Positions 1-12,802 of a DNA stretch of 64,000 nucleotides are shown here, one piece after another. The position numbers were made by a program, and so were the translations under genes. Numbering within the stretch: position 1 is the stretch's first letter; each line of letters begins with the position of its first letter. This DNA comes from Penicillus capitatus (Eukaryota > Plantae > Chlorophyta). Location: positions 121,766 through 185,765 of the forward strand of contig OZ287715.1 of assembly GCA_965649825.1 (NCBI GenBank), read 5' to 3'. The notes beneath the pieces were generated by a model. It ran no database searches and was not told where the DNA came from. It saw only the letters and a program-made list of their open reading frames with translations.

Positions 1-1349
1 CTGGTCGGACAGAGCATCTGCCATCGCCTCTTTGCAGGCTTGAATGATCCATTCAGGATCGGAAATGTACTTGAAGAATTCTTCCAATTCAGAAAATGAA
101 ATGGCGGCGGAGGACCTCGATTTCCACACCTCCTTGTAGATATCCTCTTTTGGAAGTCTTGCCGTTTCTGCAACTCTGAATGCTTCTTCATAGTCATTCT
201 GCATAAGCAACGATGATACATGCTCCGAAGGCGATCGTCTCTGGAACACTCCGAAATTCAGTTCTTGTTCTCCAGACCTTCGAAAATCGAAATTCAGACA
301 CCCAAGATCAACGTACAGGTAACAACCTACTCTGTGGTTTGCTGAGGTGTCATCGTCATGATTCCGTTAGGAATACTACGCCCAAGCAGTTGCATGTGTG
401 CATGTGTCGTTTCTGTTGACAGAATACTAAATGCTCCATCTGTCGATCCAACAAACAGCATCCTCCCAATGTCCGTCGTTAACGCCAGAATATCATCATT
501 CCAGAACAATGCATCGTTGGATGTCCTCAGAACATCATCTGGTATGCCAGTGAGTGGCACTTCCACCATTCGGTCCCTCTCCATGCAAAAGAAAACGGGT
601 GGTTGACCATGTCTGGACACCAACAGAGACTTCCCACTGGGAGATAAATCCATTCGACACCACGAGGCACGATCAGGTACAGATTTTCTCCATGACTCAA
701 ATCCAGAGAGCGGATCTCGAAGGTTGTACAGTAATGACCATGCATCGAATGTTCGATTCATTCTCCACACAGTCATATTAAAATCAAGGTTCTTTGCAAC
801 ACCGCCAACAGCACAGATGCGTTTTTGTGGGATCACTGTCATTTGAGGCCAACAGTGGTAGCGATGAACAGACAAGACAGCGTCTGTCCGGCTTGTCAGG
901 GTATAGTGTGTCCATAACTGACCGTCGGAAGCAGCAAGGAGCAGTAGATTCTCCTTCAGAAGTGCAAGAGTTGATAACATCTTCACATGAGATGACAGAT
1001 CCAGCGCCTTGATCTGGACACCCGTGCATGAAAACAGCAATACTGTTCCGTGAAGTGTTCCCACTCCTAACGTCGTTCCACTGCCGGACCAAGACATATC
1101 CACCACCCTGTCGTCTGCACCCATCATCTCCAGTGCGACAAGCACCGAGTTGGCAGTTAGAGAGGGGACTGCTGAGAGTGTTATGAGATGTAGTTCTGTG
1201 CGGTGTTTGAGCACAGCCACACGTGTTCCATCCTCCGACATCGCCGTCACAACATCGGAAGGATGTGTTCTGGGAAGGAATTCGTTATCATCCAGGGCAG
1301 TCTTCCATAAGGACTCGTGGTGCTCATAGAAAAGCAGTGGCGTTGACAT
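1..1349 (-). CDS. NBAS: NBAS/Sec39/MIP2-like protein, N-terminal part (beta-propeller plus start of helical region); runs off window start
   Basis: ORF 327-1349 has a WD-like VVDMSWSGSGTTLGVGTLHGTVLLF segment. The downstream exon (~270 to 1) reads SPSEHVSSLLMQNDYEEAFRVAETARLPKEDIYKEVW...WIIQAC, matching the NBAS pattern EEYEEAL..A....L..D.VY..QW...WVL.EC. Confidence 0.7.
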
Positions 1350-1652
1350 TGCAGGACGTGTTAGTAATGATGTGACATCATGGACTGCTGGTTACTTGAA
1401 CGTCGATGGCTCTCTAATGCGTTTGGATTCGTGCAGCGGTGTCGCTGATTTCGCATCTTCATTCTTTCAGAGCGAAATTCCAGAGAACTGGTGATTTGTC
1501 GTCGAGGGACTTCGGAGAACCTCGTTTCTACCAACGTTGCCCTAAGTGGTCGTCTAGGTACGCGTTTAACACTGCCTCCGTGTGTACGTTCGTTCGCCTA
1601 TGCGTTTCTTTCGCCGAATCCTGTGTTCTGAGACAGAAGTGGCTGTCATCAG

Positions 1653-4600
1653 ATGGATACAAGATACTTTGGTGGTTGCGGCGATCCCTCTAACCCAGGA
1701 TTCCTCGCGACAGGGTTTGACCAGATGAACCCGTTGTCGGTGTTCGACCAAGGGTATCCTCCTCAAAATCACACGAGTCCTGCGTGGTTTGGCTATTCCC
1801 CGAGTCAGGCACCTCAGCGTTTTCCGTTCGTTCCGCCGTCGCCTGTTGGAACGCCATTCGTCGACCTGTCCGGCGAGTCTGTTGGCTGGGGTGGCCAAAT
1901 GATTCCAGACAATAGTGGGTATCGTATTCCATGGTTCGGGAAGACCAAAGGAAAAGGGAACAATACAAGGGGTGGTCGAAGGGGTCGCAACAACAATGGC
2001 AATAATGATCACCATTATCAGCAGCAGCATCAACAACGAAACAGATCACAATGGAATCGAAACAGACGCAGCCATGAAGGTCTGCCTGCTGAGTCTGATG
2101 ACGTCTTGACAGTGGAAGACATCATACGCATGGTTCGCAATTCTCCTGAAAACGCACCCCTTGCGCATGATATCTATCAGAGCATTCGTCATTTTGACAG
2201 TCGTACATGCTCGGTGCTTTTGAAAGATCTCAGCAAATTGGGACTGGGTATGAGGGCCATGGAGATCTTTGACTGGTTAAGGAATTCAGATGAGGCTAAA
2301 GATCTTAAAAGCCTTTGTGATGTCTATACCTACACTGCAATGATTTCTATGTGCATCTATCAACAAGACGTAGACAGAGCATTGCGTCTTGTTGAAGAAA
2401 TGCACGAGAGACGGATCCAAAGAAATGTTCATACCTATACAGCCTTGATGAATGTCTGTATCAAATGCGGAAGGTGTCAGTTGGCGCTGGAGTCCTACAG
2501 GAACATGCGTGAAGACGGCATTGCACCCAATGTGGTGACCTACAACACACTTATTGATATTTATGGAAAGATGGGCCAATGGGAACAGGCTGTCAAGGTC
2601 TTGGTCGACATGAAGAGTGAGGTCAGTCGCAGTGCCTCTGTACATTAGGTATCTGCTCACACGTGTGTTGCTGCTATCAGGGTGTCGAGGCTGTACTGAG
2701 AACATACAACACCTTGATCATTTCGTGCAACATGTGCAATCAGCCAAGAGAGGCTCTGGCTGTGTACAATAGGCTTTTGTCCGAGGGTTTCTGTCCAAAC
2801 GCTACAACGTACAACGCATTGATCTCTGCCTATGGCAAAGCTGGGCAGCTCGACAAGGTCATGGAAGTCTTTCAAGAAATGGTCTGGAAGGGATGCGAGA
2901 GAAGTGTCATCACGTACAGTTCCTTGATTTCTGCCTGTGAGAAAGCGGGTCAGTGGGAGATTGCACTGCAGCTCTTCAATGAAATGCAACACGAAGGATG
3001 CATTCCAAACACTGTGACATACAACTCTCTTATCACAGCCTGCGCCCAAGGTACTTTAACTGAATGCCGACAACGCATCGCGTGAGCACATTTTTGACCT
3101 GATAGGGGCTCAGTGGGAGAAGGCATGTGACGTGTTTGAGCAAATGCGTGTCCAAGGCTGTGCCCCAGACGTCGTCACCTACACGGCGCTTATTAGCGCG
3201 AACGAAAGAGGCGGTCAATGGAGACGCGCTCTCCAGGCATACGAAGAAATGCTCACTCAAGATTGCAAACCGGATGCCATTGTCTACAATGCCATTATCG
3301 ATGCTGTCTGGGAAACTGGTGTCATTTGGGCTCAGCGAAAAGCACTCACAATTTTCGAGTGTGCCAGAAGGCAAGGGCACTTTAAACAGCAACCAATCCG
3401 AAACGTCCATCGAGCAGAAGTCAATCTTCATGCACTGACGGCTGGAGTCGCTGTAATGAGTCTGTACAGCTGGCTGTTAGATTTGAAGTACATACACATA
3501 TGCTCTTACTCATTCACTAACTCTATACTGTGTCCTCTCTTCAGGATACTGGCGTTGAGAGAGGGAGCTCAAGCACTTCCTGTCCAGCTGTGTATCGTGA
3601 CGGATAAGGGACGTACGAGTAAGGAACAAGGAAACTTAGTTGTCAAGGAGGCTGTGGCTGCAATGATGAACTCATGGGGAGCTCCATTCAGGCCCATGCA
3701 CGATTCGATGTATGCAGGCGTCCTGGAAGCATCGGGACGAGACGTAGCTTTGTGGTTGAGTGAAGAACGTTTTGAAGAACGACTTTTTGGGTTTTTCCCC
3801 TGCACGAATCTCCTCCCTTCTAATGCAAATAAGGTAATGATGTGACGTCTTTTACTGTTCTGTCATCTGACGACGGTGTCTGTCCAGTTACCCTTCAAAG
3901 AGGGATTGGCAACGGACATTCCAGTTTTGGCAGATGATCCTTCCTTTGCCAACGAGGCCGCCGTCGAGACGCGGTGCACTGAGGCATTTGCTGCTGTTCA
4001 TCATTTTGAGAGTTCCCATTCTCTGACTCTTCAAGCAATGGGTTTGGCGTACTTACAGCACAGAACCGTCCTCGTGCAGCAGTTGTTTCAATATGGAAAG
4101 AAGCTCAATCTTAGAGAAGAGGTTGCTCACGATGCCGTTCTGCTGATGGACAGAGCCATGTCGACATCCATTCAAATCAAAGAGAACCTCCTGGAACTTC
4201 TGTCTGTCGCATGCCTGGTGCTTGCAATGAAGCAGACTGAGAAGCTTGAGGATCTGCCCAGTGACGAGACTTTGGAACAAGTGACAGACTGCAAGGCATC
4301 CGCAGTTGGCAAAATGGAATGGAATCTGCGTCAGGTTTTAGGAAGCGACACATCAGCCATCTCAACACTGCGCTGCATCATGCTTTATCTGGAAAGACTG
4401 GGATCTCATCTCTTGGATGCACCTTCTGCTTCAGAAGTCTCTGGAGGTGCAGTGGCCTTGGTCGAAAGATCGATGTCCGATCTCACCTTCCTGAACTGCA
4501 GGCCCTCTGTTGTCGCAGCAGCGATACTGTATGCAGAGAGACGTTCTAGAGGCGTGATTCCCTACTGGCCATCGATGTTGGCAAAGCTGACTGGATATCA

Positions 4601-5171
4601 AGACATGAGCTCACCCGAATTGACTGTTGCCATTCGGGGAGCACAGAAATTATGCCAGTGTGGTTCCTCGGACTCTCCAGTCAGTGTGCCAGATGCGACG
4701 ACCCTTCCTAATCTTGCACTGCTGGCTCAGTCAGGAATGGACATGGGAATGTCATCGACATCTCCGGCAGATGCAGCTTCTCTGTTGATGACCAGTGCCT
4801 CGACCAACGACTTCATGCCACCCGTTTGCCATGCCCTCAACCTCGGATTGCTTCATCTGCAGTCCTCAGCATCTCTGTCGGCGGTGGATTCTCTCAATTC
4901 GTTCTCTTCTCTCCAACAGATGCATCAACCCGTAGCAAATGTCGCAGCTGCATCGGCAGAAGATGATCAAGTGACAGCGAATCGTGTCGATGGCGTCGTG
5001 GTTGCACAAGGCGTAGCTGTACCTCCAAGAGTTGTGCAAGGATTAAGTCATGTGACCAGTGGATTCCCAAGCATTCTCCCACATTCGAACAGTTTGCTTG
5101 GATCCAATGCAACCTCCTCACGGATGAATTCCAATGCACTCCGAGTACGTCGTGTCTCTTGTGGCCATTGA
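1653..5171 (+). CDS. PPR-SMR-cyclin fusion protein (multi-exon)
   Basis: Tandem P-type PPR motifs (DVYTYTAMISMC, NVHTYTALMNVC, NVVTYNTLIDIYGK, SVITYSSLISACEK) are followed by an SMR-like VNLHALTAGVA...WL...IVTDKG and then a cyclin box (HRTVLVQQL...HDAVLLMDR...LLSVACLVLAMK). GT-AG introns include 2622-2680 and 3833-3887; the latter joins NANK|LPFKE in frame. The 3' end may extend via one more intron. Confidence 0.85.
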
Positions 5172-7178
5172 TGGATGACATAGGGAATGCGAATGTGTGT
5201 CTTGTTCTTTGTCTAGGTTGTGGCATCAGGCGGGGTTCCGGTAACGGATGTCCGTGAGAATTAATGCATGATCTGTGTTGCTTAACTTGGGTGATTGATT
5301 GATCTGTGGAGGTTCCGATCTGCTTTTTTCATCGTATAAGAGCATCACCTGCGTTTTGTTTTGGTTTGCTTGGTAAGTCGATCATCTGGTCACTTTCGTT
5401 GGTTTGTTTGTTTGTTGGTTGGTTGTGGTACTAGCATTCAGTTCTATTATATTGTGGGATGGGCCATCTACGTGTCTGCAATGTGTCATGGTGTCAATTT
5501 CGATGCCGACCGACACCTGAATTTTGGGATTCACGTTATTCTTGCCTTTATCCTGAGTCTATATTTTTTCCGATCCACTTGTCATGCTAAATGGTTCGAA
5601 TGTTACCGTCTCCATCTGCTTCACGAACATTCCTTGCCAATGCTCTGCGACACCTATTGGCCGGTAGAATGATCATCGAGCTGCGATCCAGTGCCTCTGA
5701 CAACAGCTGTTACCTCTGGACGTGCCGCTTGATGAGAGGGCACTGTAACACAAGTTTTGTTTGACGTCTAGAGGATACAGTTCTTGTTATCAAGCATGGG
5801 TCCACTAACGACAATGATGCTTCCATGACTGGCTGACTTTTCAACTGTCAACAATAACTGTCGTTGACAGTTAAAGAGGCGAGCATCAACAACAATCGAA
5901 GTATTATAAGAGATAAGAGATATTTTGAGCACACGAGAACGTTATAACTGGTGTTGATTTTCACAATAACATAATGCCAACTACAGCAGCAGCAGTCAGG
6001 AGTAAAGATCATGAGCATGGGATCTAGTTTGGGGTAGTAAGTACTCTTTTGATGAGCAGACGAGATCTGCACGACGTCTGGATTGTCTAACGAACGCTGA
6101 TGATGGATTGTTCTTTCAATGGAGACAATGGGATACGTTTGATGATTAAACGATGGACTGATATCGTCAATCATCGTCCAAAAAATCATGAGATTATGGA
6201 TGTTTGTTTTTGTCTGTTCATCGTTCACTTGGTCTTCACGATTGCTTAGCCGTTTGGCGATGACGACGACTCCTCCTCCCTGACAATTACATCCGCTTGA
6301 GCCCACAGAAGAAAGATATCCATTCTTACTAGTATTTGTTCGTTTGTTCGTTTGTTTGCTTCTGTCTTTGCTGTTTGTATGCAAAGGAAGTTATTCTTTA
6401 TCATCCGTCTGAGAATGCATGATCAGCAGTTATTTGTGATTCAGCAAATGTTCTGTGGCATTGGCTCTGACCAAACGTCCTTTCCGACATGCAAATGTTG
6501 TTGTGGTGCATCAGATTCCTCTGCATACAGATACAGACAATCTTGTGATGAGTGCGTGTTCATTACACAGGTGCACGATGTCTCTGTTGACAGCCCATCT
6601 CTCTCCTACGGAGTCTCAATCATGTCTTTTCTAAAATCAGACGATGACAACTATTACACACATGTAGGAGTTTTGTCCATGTTTTGCGCCGACCGAGACA
6701 GTCGATCGGTTGTATGCTGATTCCGAGGAGAACAAAGATGATCGTCAGAAAACAAAACAACATGTCTTCCTTCTTCTTCTTACATACGTCGTCATTGTTA
6801 TTAGTCGGGCGGACTCTGGTGGAAGGGTTGGATTGTTGTTTCTTATATCTCTGATAACATTTTCCAATCCCTAGCGGCTTTAGAATCTCATCAACGTTTG
6901 ATGATGAACCACGGCCTCACTGTGGCACATACGTGAGTTTTGGCTGGTCATTGGTGTGGTCTTCTGTAATTCTTGCTAGCGTTCTTGCCATCTGATCGTT
7001 CGTTCGATTCCATCCCATGATGACACTCTCTCCTCGAGCTTTTAAATAAGTATTGTTTTAATTGTTTTGATTTTTTGTGCACGACAGTGCAGATCTTGTT
7101 ACAGCTCGGTCGGTAGAACATTGTTTAAATCGAACGTCATTTGGTACAAGGACGAGAGACTCGAATGATCAACTTCAG

Positions 7179-7226
7179 CACCACCACCACCACCACCACC
7201 ACCACCACCACCTCATCATCATCATC
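7179..7226. repeat. (CAC)n(CAT)n microsatellite
   Basis: Direct trinucleotide run just 3' of the EndoV stop. Confidence 0.9.
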
Positions 7227-8333
7227 AAAGTTGGTGCTCTCTTGTGTAACATCGAGAACGCAGATCTGCTTGTCGTATCGGTTCAGGAATGCGATGCAGT
7301 GAGCATCTCTTCACGAGATCGATAACGGTTGACAGACGGACTCGATGCCCTACCACCCAACACACAGACAGATGAATGAGGTCGTAAGTGAAACACTTGG
7401 GATAGAGACCGATAGAAACGTAGATAGGGTTTTTGGAATTCGTAAACCCATGATTAAAGAGTGCAACACCCAGGACGTCTCCATGTTTGCCTTTTAGCTC
7501 CAGTGTGTCTCCCCCTATCTCACCCTCACACATTCAAGCACGACCTTATGGTGTGTGGCCGTGTCACGACCTGTGTTGGCCGTTTGACTTTGTCCTCTTC
7601 TTTCTAGTTCGGATATCCTATGTCTGACATCTGCTTTGACTGTTTTTTCGTTCAAGTCATCCACACAGTGCAGCGATTTAGCAACTCCTATGGTGGGATA
7701 ACCAGAAACAACACCGAGATGACACGCTGATCCGAAGCGCTGAGGATGCAGCAATCCATTTCCATCGACAAAGATTACCTAAATACATTCCATACCATGA
7801 CCTGACGGATTCCAAGACGCTTTGATGAAAATAGAATGCAACCTGCGGATTGAAGGCCGTTTGGGATACTCTGTTGATCAAAGACATGAATGGAACAACT
7901 TCTCTGAAGGCCAAGTAGCCTGCCATGTACGGAACCGTCAACTGTACCACCTCAAAATCCTCATAGATAACTTGGAGATCCTATCACTCACTGTACATGC
8001 ATCTTATCCCTTTAGTAAAGGCAGGAATACTGGATACTGCAAAACGACGAGACACGCGACTGCTGTGTTGCTCGATTCGAGAAAGCTGATGTCCACTCCG
8101 CCGATCCGCTGAAGTGCATTCTGACAGAATACACTATTCTATGCGCGTGTCCACTGCTCATTCATATCACGCCTGCTTGGATGGGTCTAGACTCCATTCG
8201 TAATCGTCTGTCACAACGAGTCTGCTTCTGAGCTGAGCTTGAATCCTGATCATTCAGGAGGATGTCATATTCACAGGTGTGACGGGTGTCGATGTTACGC
8301 TGTCCACTGTCTTCTTAGTGCATCGGTATCCAT
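7225..8333 (-). CDS. ENDOV: Endonuclease V (inosine-specific)
   Basis: Spliced: [12 protein letters not shown]|[17 protein letters not shown]...|[13 protein letters not shown]...QYP|DLQVIYED...[12 protein letters not shown]...[20 protein letters not shown]...TIGVAK...PIYVSIG|H...[14 protein letters not shown]. All hallmark EndoV motifs are present. Confidence 0.92.
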
Positions 8334-8374
8334 TTTTGGAGGGGAAATATAATGACGCAAATGAGACCACTGCC

Positions 8375-9236
8375 ATGACCCAGATCACAGTGACGACGAC
8401 AGTGTCCTCTGTGGTGCTGCTGCCAGTTCGACGGACAGTGCTGCACCGAGCGCACTGGCATCCTCAGCCTCTTTGCCATGTGGCGACGTTTTCACAGAGG
8501 CGCTGTGCTCAAGTATATGCGCTCGATGAAGAGAGTGAAGAAGAAAGAGTCTCCACGCCTTCGCCAAAGAGATCTGCCGATTCGACAGACGCCGTCGCCT
8601 CTTTCTTAACGCGACGTTTTGGGTATATCTACCATTTGTTGTCAATAACACTGTATTTGTTGGGATTACTGTGTACATACAGCATTGGTGCTGGACTTGC
8701 TTGGCTTGGTATTCTGACAATCGGCAGTCTAGGAGAACAGATCAAGACACGGTTGGAGGTTAGGAGAGAAGAAGAGGGAGCCAAGGATACGAACAATGCC
8801 AGAACTGTGACTCTGCCATCCGGTGTCGAGTACAGAGATCGGAAAATCGGCGGCGGATCCAGTCCCTATAAGGGTGCACTAACAGCCGTCCGCCTCAAGT
8901 ACCTCTCCTCCACGCTTGAATAATAAGATATGTTCGGCCAGGGGATCTGTGGCCGAGGATCCTGTGACTGTGTTTGAAGATAGCTTTGCCAGTGGAAAGC
9001 AGATCGTATTTCTCTTTGGCAGCCGTCCTTTGAGTGATGCACTCTGCAGTGGACTGGAGGAAGCGATGGAGACGATGCGAGTGGGCGGTGTTCGCGAAGT
9101 GACAGTCCCACCGGATTCAGGATTCGGATCAAAGGGATCTGTTCTCTTCCCCGGAACCAAAAATGAGCAACGCATTCCACCGAATGCCACTCTCACATAT
9201 CTCGTCGAGTTAAAGCGTGTGTCGATCGCTCCTTGA
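8375..9236 (+). CDS. FKBP17-2: Thylakoid FKBP-type PPIase, FKBP17-2-like
   Basis: FLTRRFG|IGAGLAWLGILTIGSLGEQIKTRLEV...TLPSGVEYRDRKIGGG and CSGLEEAMETMRVGGVREVTVPPDSGFG...IPPNATLTYLVEL; transit-peptide-like N-terminus; two GT-AG introns. Confidence 0.88.
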
Positions 9237-9330
9237 TCGTAACATTCGGAGATGTCACATCAACAGAGGCACTGTAAAATACGGGGTTCCATAGAGTGTC
9301 ATTAGATGCTGCTGATCTAGGAGACATGCT

Positions 9331-9832
9331 CTAGTCGAAGAGTGAGAATCCCATATCCTGTAAGAATAGAGGACATGTGTTCTCTGAAATGGATCTAGCT
9401 TCTCCTACCTCGTCTTCCTCTTCCTCTTCTTCCGGTTCTTCTGCTTTCTCTTCCGCAGCTGGTTCCGCTGCTCCTCCACCGCCACCACCGCCACCGGCGA
9501 CAGCGACGGCTCCTGCAGGGACGGCTGCCATCTTTTCCCGCCCGGCACAGATCACTTCATGGATATCTTTTCCTTTCAGCTCAGCCAAGAGACTCTTCAG
9601 TTTATCGGAATCAGCACTGACGCCAACTGGCACGGCAGAACAGGTCTGTTGTGCTGCTTGTCGAAAAGGGCCGTGAAAAAGTACAAACCGCTGTCTAAGA
9701 TCGTTTCGATGTCTTTGGCTGTTGGCTCTGTCTTGCCACCCAGAACGGCCTGCGAGAGGCGATTTGTTTTCAATAAGGGAGACAAAGTATGAGGATGGTT
9801 GGTACAAGTAAATACGCGGCGACGTGTTTCAT
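9331..9832 (-). CDS. RPLP2: 60S acidic ribosomal protein P2
   Basis: MKHVAAYLL|AVLGG...DIETILDS|VGV...LLAELKGKDIHEVI..G.EKM...EEEEEDE|DMGFSLFD*; three GT-AG introns. Confidence 0.96.
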
Positions 9833-9974
9833 GGAGACGCGTTGATGACAGAAGAATCCTTACAAATGCGCCAGAGGAGCACGTCGTCGTCACAGCCGCC
9901 GATTCGATCAGCAACAATCAGTCCATTTCCAATGCGTTCGAGCAGAAATGGACATGAAACATCCAGTGGGTCAA

Positions 9975-10440
9975 TTCAGCTGTTGAAAACGCCGTCGTTG
10001 AACAACAGCGACTCTCGAAGATTCTGTTCAGTGAACGAACTGCCTTGAATCCTGTGTCGAGAGATTATTCGCCCACTAATGAGGGAACCAAGGACATGGA
10101 ATGCCTGTTAGCCATGGCAAGGAAGAAGGTAATGACGTCCTTCAGGTTTCTAAAGCAGTAGATCTGTTAGGCGGATGCACGACCGATACTGGAGGACACT
10201 GCATCAAGAATAGAAACGAGGTGCACCACATTATTCCCAGACGAGGCATGGCTCTCTAAGGATCCACAATGGGAATGCCTTCATGATAAGACCAATCGCG
10301 ACAGATTGGTCTTGTAGTGTGTGCTCAGCAGAGATGCTCGTGAAAGAGGTTCGGCAAATGGAAGAGCCCACGAGAATGGTGGAGGCCCAACTGAACGATT
10401 TAGCGAGGGCATTTTCTGGAGTACATGCTATCATTCACTA
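9975..10440 (+). CDS. Hypothetical small coiled-coil protein, weak resemblance to BLOC-1 subunit 2
   Basis: Exon-like readings WVNSAVENAVVEQQRLSKI...LNPVSRDY...LAMARKK|ADARPILEDTASRIETR...EVRQMEEPTRMVEAQLNDL with a GT-AG intron at ~10129-10170. Start codon not resolved. Confidence 0.3.
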
Positions 10441-10884
10441 GAATATGCGGCAAACTCAAAGGAATATGCTCAATGGATCGACTATATGCATCTCTGCAAC
10501 GCGGTCAGGATATCGGACGTTGGTTGGTAAAATACCTTTAAGATTTTGATCCTTTCGATCGATCTTTACGATGCGATCGTGTACCTTGCATCGAATTCTA
10601 TGCCCAGCAGCAGATATTCGACACATTGTCTGCCACGATGCGAGGGTAGCCATTGGATCACGCAGATGACGTTTCGTCTCCAATAACGCTTAGTATAGAC
10701 GAAGACTGGCTTCGCGATAGTAGCAGTGCGCATGAGATGACGCACTCTTCTCTTCTTTCAATAGAAAGACTCAAGCGAAATCGAATGACAAAAGGCAGTG
10801 TGACAATGCTTGTAACGATGCTTTCGCAATCGAGTGTAGCAAAGGCGTCGTCGTTGGCGAACTGTTGTCTATAAAAACGAGATC

Positions 10885-11789
10885 TTAACGCAGCCTTTTT
10901 TCCTTCACCGGGTCCCAGATCTCTGCTAGAGTCACAAAGGCAATCCAATCGTACAACGCATGAGTAAATGCCGTTGCTGGCAAACCGATGGTATTGTACT
11001 CGACACCCATCAAAGCACCGAAAACAGTTGCCCAGATAAAATAGGTCTTCGTCGCCGAATGACACAAGCCAAACACCAAACTTGTCAAGACTATCCCCCC
11101 AACAGACGCATAGTCTGATGTAATCAGCAACATCTTATCGGTGAGAGCAGACTGCATCCATCCCCTGAAGAATGCCTCCTCCCCAATACCTGCCCCAATT
11201 GCCAAGGCAATTGGACCCTGTAGCACAAAACGAGACAGTTCCTGTGAGGAGTAGCCGTTTTCGGGTGTATGTATATGCATACCCATGATGGCATTTCTTT
11301 CAGAAGGGGAAGCAGCGTCTCCTGAAGCAGGTGTTTGATCTTGAGCAGGGATGGAAATCGATCAGTCAGAGACATCGTTGTCGCCAACGAGAGAACCATA
11401 GGCAGGGTCCACAGCAGACCGCCAACAATATCCACTGGAGCACTCAACTCCTCAAACACATGCAGATCTTCCATTTCACACAACACCATCGCGATGGATT
11501 CCAGATATCATTTGTGTGATGAATAGCAACCTGATGATCTTCCCAGAAAGATGGCGGATATCGTCATCGCCCCATAGAACGCAGAACTCGCTTGAACGAA
11601 CGAGATAGGGTCCCACTGCGACAACGGGGATTTGATTCTTGGCGTTGAGACCTCGTTTCTCCTGTCGCTGCCTTTGCAGTGCAAGGCCGATCGCAGACCT
11701 CTCACTCTTTTCCGTGGATGAATGGCACCGGCAGTGGATGAGTGAGGTGGATGAAAGAGGGTTAAATGTCGGGTGCGAACGACAGACAT
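10885..11789 (-). CDS. CPBP/CAAX amino-terminal protease family membrane protein, probably plastid-targeted
   Basis: AGIGEEAFFRGWMQ (EExxFR), SLVFGLCH, ALTHALYD-type (FTHALYD) motifs; Ser/Arg-rich transit-like N-terminus; exons in ORFs 11508-11801, 11124-11489 and 10885-11286. Confidence 0.85.
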
Positions 11790-11868
11790 CTTCGACAGCA
11801 AATGCTTTCATCAAGGTCATTTCACCTGGCGGCTTTGGTATTCGTCATTTGCATCGACCATTCCCACC

Positions 11869-12802
11869 ATGGTGTCTTTCAAGACGTTGTCGACAGACGA
11901 AGGACTCGCCCAATTGAACACCTACCTCGAAACTCGAAGCTATATCACAGGGTCTCGGCCCTGTCCTCTTTAACCGTTGCATATTTTGTCTCTGTTGCAG
12001 TTACCAAGCCTCCAATGACGATCTGGCTGTCTATTCTGCCTTAAAAACGGCACCGGCGGCATCGAAGTATGTAAATGCAGCGAGATGGTACAAGCACATC
12101 AAGACACTGCTCGGTGCCAGGTGGGCTCTCTCTTTCACAATTTCGAGAGATGCAGGAATAAATGGTGTTCTTCCAGTTTTCCTGGCAAAGCAGAAGGCGT
12201 AACGATAGAAGGAGCTGCTGCTACTGCTGCTGCAGAAAATGGCGCCGCGGAGGAAGAACTCGAGCCAGATGTCATGGCAGATGACGACGATGACGATGAC
12301 GACCTTGATCTCTTCGGCGAAATGACAGAAGAAGAGAAAGCAGCAGCCGAAGAGAAAAAACGCGCTATCGAAGCAAAGAAGGAGAAAGCCAAAGCAAATG
12401 CTCTCAAAGCCAAATCTATGATCATCATTGACGTCAAACCATGGGATGACACAACAGGTCTCTCTCTCTTAAAATCACGAGACAACAAGTGACGTGACGA
12501 TACGGCATTGCAGATATGGCGAAGCTGGAAGAAGAGGTCCGCGGCGTCGTGAAGGATGGACTTCTTTGGGGCGAAAGTAAAGCTCTCTTTCAGGGATGCC
12601 TGTTTTGTACAAAGCGGCGTCTGTTCTGTTCTCAGAGAAATTGGTTCCTGTTGGATTTGGTATTAAGAAGCTCCAGATCACGGCAGTCATTGAAGATGTG
12701 AAGATTGAATCTTTTGATGAGATTATTGAAGATTACTTGCTAAAAGATGGCGAATCTGAGAATATTCAATCCGTAGATATCGTTGCATTCAACAAGATCT
12801 GA
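11869..12802 (+). CDS. EEF1B: Translation elongation factor 1B (beta/alpha) subunit
   Basis: LAQLNTYLETRSYITG|YQAS..D..VY...NAARWYKHI; DDDDDLDLFGE; KSMIIIDVKPWDDTT|DMAKLEE.VR...GLLWG...|KLVPVGFGIKKLQI...IQSVDIVAFNKI*. Confidence 0.95.

Noticed and set aside
5700-7050. C/D-box snoRNA cluster (several TGATGA/CTGA words)
   Set aside because: Box spacing is inconsistent and no terminal stems or evident rRNA guides were found.
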